Shown one piece after another: positions 58,020-64,000 of a stretch of DNA of 64,000 nt (position 1 is the first letter of the stretch; each line of letters opens with the position of its first letter). The DNA lies in assembly GCA_903877385.1 (NCBI GenBank), contig CAIRDP010000062.1, positions 37,640 to 101,639 on the forward strand. Reading direction: 5' to 3'. A program made the translations under genes and the position numbers. The notes under the pieces are model-generated. The model saw nothing but the letters and a program-made list of their open reading frames with translations, searched no databases and was not told the origin of the DNA. The stretch is from an uncultured Bacteroidales bacterium. GTDB taxonomy: Bacteria; Bacteroidota; Bacteroidia; Bacteroidales; FEN-979.

Positions 58020-61000
58020 TTAATTTTTTAAACACCTCACCGCAAACGCGTTCGACCTGTTCGAGTAGTAATCAGAAACTGAAAAATTCTGCAGGTTCAC
58101 CCCATGCGATAAAGCTTTTATAGTACCATAAGGATTTGAGGTCCAGTAGAGGATTGCAAAGCCCTGGAACTTCCAGCTTATGTTACTATAAACAATCCCG
58201 CTTTCTTTGGCTCTGAACCCATTGAAAATGGAATCCTGCAAAGGTTTCCCTGCCAGGGCCTGGTTCTGGTAAATGGTGAACAGTGTGTTCCATTCGCTTT
58301 GGGTAGGTACATGCCATCCCGGCGGACAAAGTCCCTGGGCGCCGGGAGTATTAGAATAGGCCATCAGCTCATCCCATTGATATAGTCCACCGTAAAGAGT
58401 ACAGTTTGCAGCATTGTCACTGTAACAATATTTTTCATTGATACAATTGTCGGTCTGCTCGCTTGTGCCTTGCAGAGAAGTTCCGTAATCCAGGTTCTTC
58501 TGCATCCAGCACTGGGTTCCAATCTGGACCGTAGGATAGACTTTATTATCCCGGATATCGCTGAGGTTATTCCCGCAACTGAAAACAGCCGCGGCCTGAA
58601 CGATGATGTTTTTGGTCATTGCCGAGCTGCAGGATGATACATTGGTGTAGGAATAAGTGATCGTTTTTATTCCCGCGCCTGCAAAAGAAGGCGTAAATAT
58701 CCCGCTGAAAGAATTCACACCCGGTCCTGAATAGACTCCGCCGATAGGTACCCCGCCTTTGAGTTTGAAAGCTGCCGCATTGATGGTGGTGATGCTGTCG
58801 AAGCAGTAAGGAAATGATACCTGGGGAAGCGGCAGTGAGTTCATCACGATTTTGTTCGAGGATGCAGGATTGTTGGTCACGCAGGACAGGTTAGACGTTA
58901 TGACGCAACGGATGCTGTCGCCAGGCTGGGGGGCATAGGAATAATTGGAGGAATTGCTTCCCTGGTCAGCCCCGTTTACTTTCCATTGATAGCTTGGCAA
59001 TGTCCCTCCGTTTATCGGGGTTGCCGTATAATTAACGTTCGTTCCCGGGCAGAATGGATTGGGGTTTGCAGTGATGGAAATTCCTGCCGGGATACTATTG
59101 TTGACCACCATGGTGATGGTATTGCTTGTAGCCGGATTACTTTGCGTACAAGGCAAGTTGGAGGTGAGTGTGCAAGTAATCACATCAGTATTCACCGGAT
59201 TATAGGTATAGGTTGAACTATTGTTGCCGGTATTGGCTCCGTTTACTTTCCATTGATATGTTGGAGCTGTTCCGCCATTGGTTGGTGTCGCAGTAATAGT
59301 CACTGCATTCCCGGAGCAGAAAGGATTTGCTGATGCGGTAATTGCAATACCGACGGCCAGGTTTGGATTGACCGTCATGCTTACTGCATTACTTGTTGCC
59401 GGACTTCCCGTTGCGCAAACGGCATTTGATATCAGCACACAACTAACAATATCCCCGTTAAGCGGAATATAGGAATAGACCGGATTGTTTGAGCCAAGAC
59501 TTAGCCCGTTCACCTTCCACTGGTAAACAGCTGAAGATCCGCCGTTAACAGCAGCAGTTGTAAATGTCACTGAAGTTCCTGAACAAACCGGGTTTGCCGA
59601 TGGTGTGATATTAACCGAAACCGGCAACAAAGGATTGACAAGCATTGAAATAGTATTGGATGTTGCAGGATTGTTGTAAACGCAAACTGTGTTGGATGAA
59701 GTGAGGATGCAGCGTATGACATCATTATCAGCCGGAGTATAAGTATATACAGATGAATTGCCCCCGGTGTTAAGGTTATTGACTTTCCATTGATAGGAGG
59801 GAGAAGAACCTCCATAGGTTGGTGTTGCTGTAAACGTGACGGAAGTTCCTGCGCAAATATTATTCAACGATGTTGAAATGCTCACTTTCACCGAATCCCC
59901 AGGATTTACAGTAACAGGAAAATGCAGCGCTGATCCGCTGCAGCTTCCGATCTTTGGAGTGATATGATAGGTTACAATACCGGGAGTGGAAAGGGAATTG
60001 ACCAGTACCTGGTTTATGACCAAACCGGAATCTGCCGAAAACCCTGTGACATTGCCGAGGGTAAGGGTTGCAGTCCAATGAAACGCTGCGCCGGGCGGAG
60101 CGGACGAAAGGGAAATGTTGGTTAATTCTCCTGTACAAATGGTTTTATTCAATGGGTTGTTGGCTAAGACAGGGATGGCTGTGGTTATAAGCTGAACGGT
60201 ATCTCTTCCGATACAACCGTTAGATCCTGTAACTATAGCGGTGTATGTCCCGGTTAGCCCTGTTTTGAAAGTTTGATTAGTTCCTACAGTAGTTCCCAGG
60301 CCAAGGTTTTTCCACAAGTAAGTGCATCCGCTGCAGGCGCCTGCATCAAAGGTCACAGAATCACCGGTACAAATGGTTTGATCGGGGCCAAGATCAGGTT
60401 GGGGCCCGGGTAAAACAGTTACAAGCTGCCAGGCAGTGTCCATTCTCCTGTCGTTATGCCTTACGATCAAGGCTACATTGTATGACCCGGCAGAAGAGTA
60501 GATATGGAATGGGGTTGACAGGTTTGAGAAGTTCCGGTTCCCTGAAGAGGGATCACCGAAATCCCAGTGAAGGCTATCCACCGGTGGAAACAGGGTTGTT
60601 GAAAAATTAATGCTGTCACCGCTGCATTGCCCGTTATGGCTTAAATAAACATAATATCGTTGTAATAACTGTGGAAGTCCGCTAAATCCATCATGTCCAA
60701 GCAAGTCAACCGCATTAATCTGAAAATTACATCCCGACCCCTGAACGGAGGGGTTGTTTATTAAATTAAGGTATGGCATTGCGTTAACCGAACAATATAT
60801 CTTCCGATCAGGACCCAACTGTAATCCGGAACTCCAGTTCCCTAAATTTGGAGCGATTGTATCTCTTGACTGAACAAAGGATAGTGAATCTTGTTTAGTA
60901 GCATCGAATTGAACAATTTGTGAATGGCCTGTTAAAATATTGTATTCGCTTGCGTACAAATATTTTGAATCAAGTGAAAATTCCATTGAGGCCATACCAC

Positions 61001-61865
61001 CATTGGGCAGGAACGATCCGGCTATCAGGAACAAAGGGGTTATCTGCCCGGTCTGGGAATTAAAATTACATACTTCTAAAACAGATGATGTTGGTTTTTT
61101 GGGGTCAAAATAATTGTATGCAGCTATCAATTGATTACCATCAGGTGAAATTTTAATTTCACGCATCAGATGTTCATGAGGTGTGTTTGGATTGATAGGG
61201 AGTAAACTATTGCTTAAAACCGCTGTAGTATCTAATCCTGTGTCATTGATCAGGTAGGATGCGTAATAGGAAGAATAATGATATTTCCTGCTCACAATCC
61301 ATGCAAATTTATTGTTGCGATGTCTTGTGCCGGTAACATTCATACCAGCATCCCAGGCACTTGGAATCAAAATGTTTTTCTGCCCTGAGGGGATATCACC
61401 CAGGGCGGTATCCAATCGCATATCAATAACTGAATACCTTAATCCTTCCGGATTTCGGTGTGCTGAGTCCCATGGAATCCCGACAGTAAACACATAATAA
61501 AAATTGGAATCGTGTAAATATGGCACATAAAAAATAATCTGAGTTCCAAGGTCAGGATATGGATTCAACCCATATCCGTTCGGCATAACGAAGTGATGCC
61601 TGTTATAAACTTTGACTCCATCAGAATAAAATAAAAGATGACCCAGGGAATCAGATACAGTAATCGATGTGCCTGTTTCCCAGAAAGCTGTTGAACAGTT
61701 TGTCAGGGCCACAGGCGTTCCATAATTAAACGTACTACCCGCATGATCTCCGAAATACCAGTTGTTGAATTCACCCTGGGAAAAGGAAAATACAGGGAAA
61801 ATAAGGCTGATGAAACAAAGTACCAGAAGCCTCATTTTAAGGGCTGTTTTACCGTACCTGATCAT
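58020..61865 (-). CDS. Large exported modular protein: propeller-like head, PKD, Ig-like repeats, C-terminal FISUMP domain
   Basis: Signal peptide; NWYFG...SD..G.LLFY, SPDG, LQLGPD.KIY; WDFGDP PKD; four ~88-aa TNGG..P.YQWKVNG repeats; DIRD...Y.TVQIG.QCWM..NL, YG.LYQW, GLCPPGWHVPT..EW, VRCLK; start 61865 or 61835. Confidence 0.85.
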   Translation of the reverse strand: MIRYGKTALKMRLLVLCFISLIFPVFSFSQGEFNNWYFGDHAGSTFNYGTPVALTNCSTAFWETGTSITVSDSLGHLLFYSDGVKVYNRHHFVMPNGYGLNPYPDLGTQIIFYVPYLHDSNFYYVFTVGIPWDSAHRNPEGLRYSVIDMRLDTALGDIPSGQKNILIPSAWDAGMNVTGTRHRNNKFAWIVSRKYHYSSYYASYLINDTGLDTTAVLSNSLLPINPNTPHEHLMREIKISPDGNQLIAAYNYFDPKKPTSSVLEVCNFNSQTGQITPLFLIAGSFLPNGGMASMEFSLDSKYLYASEYNILTGHSQIVQFDATKQDSLSFVQSRDTIAPNLGNWSSGLQLGPDRKIYCSVNAMPYLNLINNPSVQGSGCNFQINAVDLLGHDGFSGLPQLLQRYYVYLSHNGQCSGDSINFSTTLFPPVDSLHWDFGDPSSGNRNFSNLSTPFHIYSSAGSYNVALIVRHNDRRMDTAWQLVTVLPGPQPDLGPDQTICTGDSVTFDAGACSGCTYLWKNLGLGTTVGTNQTFKTGLTGTYTAIVTGSNGCIGRDTVQLITTAIPVLANNPLNKTICTGELTNISLSSAPPGAAFHWTATLTLGNVTGFSADSGLVINQVLVNSLSTPGIVTYHITPKIGSCSGSALHFPVTVNPGDSVKVSISTSLNNICAGTSVTFTATPTYGGSSPSYQWKVNNLNTGGNSSVYTYTPADNDVIRCILTSSNTVCVYNNPATSNTISMLVNPLLPVSVNITPSANPVCSGTSVTFTTAAVNGGSSAVYQWKVNGLSLGSNNPVYSYIPLNGDIVSCVLISNAVCATGSPATSNAVSMTVNPNLAVGIAITASANPFCSGNAVTITATPTNGGTAPTYQWKVNGANTGNNSSTYTYNPVNTDVITCTLTSNLPCTQSNPATSNTITMVVNNSIPAGISITANPNPFCPGTNVNYTATPINGGTLPSYQWKVNGADQGSNSSNYSYAPQPGDSIRCVITSNLSCVTNNPASSNKIVMNSLPLPQVSFPYCFDSITTINAAAFKLKGGVPIGGVYSGPGVNSFSGIFTPSFAGAGIKTITYSYTNVSSCSSAMTKNIIVQAAAVFSCGNNLSDIRDNKVYPTVQIGTQCWMQKNLDYGTSLQGTSEQTDNCINEKYCYSDNAANCTLYGGLYQWDELMAYSNTPGAQGLCPPGWHVPTQSEWNTLFTIYQNQALAGKPLQDSIFNGFRAKESGIVYSNISWKFQGFAILYWTSNPYGTIKALSHGVNLQNFSVSDYYSNRSNAFAVRCLKN

Positions 61866-62138
61866 ACTTTTAGTCTCAATCAAGCTGTAAGCCGGGCAAT
61901 AAAGGGTATAATATTTCCTGTTTGGTTGAAGGCCAAACCACAAAATAAAAACGGTGAAGAGTTTAATCCCCACGAAATAAAGACTTTAATTCAGGTTTTT
62001 CGTTGTCCTGTAAAGAGTAAAGATATAGTATTTTGCACAATTATATTCTAAAAGGCAATTTAAACCCCCGGGTAAATTCCCCTCAGCCTGCATAGGAATA
62101 GGAGGTCCGGGGTTTGCAGGGGTTAGTACCAAGAATTC

Positions 62139-62537
62139 CTAGCGGATCCCGGGGTCTTTCTGGATTTCCCTGAAGCTGATGAACCTTTGCTGATATAACA
62201 TTGAGAGGAATTTGCCCACCCTTTCCTCGGTTTCTTCGATGGGCTGGAGCTTGTCGGGGAATGTTTGTTTGAGATTGTTACAGATCTCGCCCGTACTTTG
62301 TTTGCCGTCGATCTGTTCCCATACAGCCGAACCGAAGGCGTCAAGCTTGATCTTTATGAACTCCTCCTTCCATTTGGGCTGAAAAAGCTTGTTTGCCAGG
62401 TTGTTCCTGAAGCGGGGCAGGAGAATGTTAAGGGTGTCTTCCTCCCTTTTTTCGGTCTCCATCAGCCTCAGGGGATGAAGGTCAAGGGTATTGGCTGCTT
62501 TGAGGATCTTTCGCCGTTTTAAAAAGGATACTTCCAT
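62139..62537 (-). CDS. PqqD-family (RiPP recognition element-like) protein
   Basis: PRF...IKLD.FGS.VW..IDG...GEI...L...F......RV..FL..LY..RFISF; start set at MEVSFLKRRK. Confidence 0.8.
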   Translation of the reverse strand: MEVSFLKRRKILKAANTLDLHPLRLMETEKREEDTLNILLPRFRNNLANKLFQPKWKEEFIKIKLDAFGSAVWEQIDGKQSTGEICNNLKQTFPDKLQPIEETEERVGKFLSMLYQQRFISFREIQKDPGIR

Positions 62538-62552
62538 AGGATAAGATAAAAT

Positions 62553-62582
62553 GGGGCTGGCAACTGAAAAGTTGCCAGCCCC
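62553..62582 (-). terminator. 13-bp hairpin between the OPT and PqqD genes (terminator-like)
   Basis: GGGGCTGGCAACT-GAAA-AGTTGCCAGCCCC followed by ATTTTATCTT on the minus strand. Confidence 0.6.
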
Positions 62583-62601
62583 GTGATGAAGGATATCATA
62601 A

Positions 62602-64000
62602 TTACATGCCTGATGCGGGGGGAGCCGGTTCGTCGGGCTTGCCTGCATTCTTCAGGGGGATCTGGATCAGCACAAAGGCGATGATCGCAATGATGACAAG
62701 GCTGATGAAGTAATTCGGGTTCCTGAAGAATACGAAATGGTCGTAAAGGAAGATCTCGAATGCCGCGAATATGGCTATGACAAGTCCCATTAGGGCCTCG
62801 CCCGCGATCATGCCCGATGCCAGCAGCACGCCTGTGTTCTCGACCCGTATCTTCTGGGCTTCGTTAAGCTTGCGCTTTCCTGTGAAATAGTCCACGCCTC
62901 CCTTGATGAGTCCGCCTACAAAAATGGCGAAGGTTGTTTCCAGGGGAAGGTACATCCCTACGCTCACAAGCATCGGGCTGCGCACCTGCATAAGGATAAA
63001 GGCAACGCCCATGAGCATTCCCGAGATGATAAGGGGCCATGCCATGGCGCCTTCAACAATACCGCGGGAAAGGATGGCCATAAGACCGGCCTGGGGTGCC
63101 GAAAGGTTACGGCTTCCGAAACCTCCCTGGTAACCCAGGTTCTTGCCCGAAGCAATATCGCCTTCGTTGAGATAAGCAAGTACCACGAACATGACTGCAC
63201 CTGCAAGGATAACGCCGATGATGTCACCGATCTGCATCCTCCAGGGAGTACCGCCAAGGATATGGCCGGCTTTAAGGTCCTGGAGCATTTCACCTGCCAC
63301 GGCTGCCGAAACACAAACGATGGCTGCTACCCCGAGTACGGTTGCAACGCCTGCATTGCCCTGTACGCCCAGGCCTACAAGGATCAGCGCGGTTACTACC
63401 AGGGCGGTAAGAGTAAGCCCGCTGATGGGGTTGTTGCTCGAACCCATGATACCTACCAGGTAGCCCGATACGGCTGCGAAGAAGAATGCCAGGATGATCA
63501 TGACGGTTGAAGCCACGATGGCGATCAGCAGGTTGGTCTGGAAAATAAAGTATGTAATGGAGAAAGTGAGGACGGCGACTGCAAGAATACCTACGATGAT
63601 AGCGCCAAAGCTCAAGTCTTTTTCGGTACGGGGAGCTGATTGTCCCATTCCCTGGGCTGCTTTTTTAACGTCGGTGATGGACCGACCCACGCCTGTGATC
63701 AGGCTCTTTCTCATTTTATAAAGGGTAAATGCTGCGCTCACAAGCATGCCGCCTATAGCGATAGGCCTTACAATGAATTTCCATATCTGCAGCATCTGGT
63801 ATGCAGGGTCGTTTACCTTGGTCATGGCTTGTTCCAGCGTAAGGGTTGCATCCTTGCTCATAAGGAAGGAGGCCCATGCCTGGAAATCCATGCCTGGTAA
63901 AATAAAATACATGATCATGGGAACCATAAGTCCCCAGGCCAGGAGGCCTCCGCTGAAGTTAAGCGCTCCGAGTTTCGGTCCAATGATATAACCAACGCCC
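62602..64000 (-). CDS. OPT-family oligopeptide transporter, 3' part (5' end outside window)
   Basis: GVGYIIGP, G.MGSSNNPISG, QDLKAGHILGGTP..MQ, APQAGLMA, VGMYLP, ASG.IAGEALMG. Confidence 0.92.
   Translation of the reverse strand, partial: GVGYIIGPKLGALNFSGGLLAWGLMVPMIMYFILPGMDFQAWASFLMSKDATLTLEQAMTKVNDPAYQMLQIWKFIVRPIAIGGMLVSAAFTLYKMRKSLITGVGRSITDVKKAAQGMGQSAPRTEKDLSFGAIIVGILAVAVLTFSITYFIFQTNLLIAIVASTVMIILAFFFAAVSGYLVGIMGSSNNPISGLTLTALVVTALILVGLGVQGNAGVATVLGVAAIVCVSAAVAGEMLQDLKAGHILGGTPWRMQIGDIIGVILAGAVMFVVLAYLNEGDIASGKNLGYQGGFGSRNLSAPQAGLMAILSRGIVEGAMAWPLIISGMLMGVAFILMQVRSPMLVSVGMYLPLETTFAIFVGGLIKGGVDYFTGKRKLNEAQKIRVENTGVLLASGMIAGEALMGLVIAIFAAFEIFLYDHFVFFRNPNYFISLVIIAIIAFVLIQIPLKNAGKPDEPAPPASGM

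Noticed and set aside
58020-58250. DGR variable region in the FISUMP C-terminus
   Set aside because: No reverse transcriptase, Avd or adenine-variant template repeat seen in the window; a remote DGR cannot be excluded
62060-62125. Structured RNA or RiPP precursor downstream of PqqD
   Set aside because: Only an imperfect AAACCCCCGG/CCGGGGTTT inverted repeat and no convincing small ORF

Overview
Mostly housekeeping chromosome from a Bacteroidota (Bacteroidales-like) bacterium. The assignment rests on protein sequences and on repeated TAnnTTTG -7 promoter boxes. It carries ftsH (5' part), rsfS, a LOG-family gene, uvrA, rfbC, lpdA, a Thr/Met-Cys cluster (thrC, thrH, two trans-sulfuration enzymes), gcvP, a divergent membrane pyrophosphatase, thyA-folA, dnaB, lpxK, proS, mazG, a peroxiredoxin, a TolC/MacB-like/adaptor module, gyrB, wecB, RNase P RNA, a MATE pump, rpmH and pepD. 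Accessory or unexplained elements: (i) an AT-richer island at about 56.4-62 kb with an MNT-HEPN toxin-antitoxin pair, a DUF5674-like gene plus an unknown helical partner, a truncated second MNT and a large modular FISUMP-domain protein; (ii) an OPT peptide transporter followed by a stand-alone PqqD/RRE protein with no RiPP enzymes visible; (iii) a scar at about 8.0-8.3 kb with transposase-like and acyl-CoA dehydrogenase fragments; (iv) intergenic 7- and 8-mer tandem arrays, some arranged as inverted arms and some supplying stop codons. No CRISPR array, rRNA, tRNA, reverse transcriptase or intact transposase was seen. All family calls are by motif recognition; no database searches were run.
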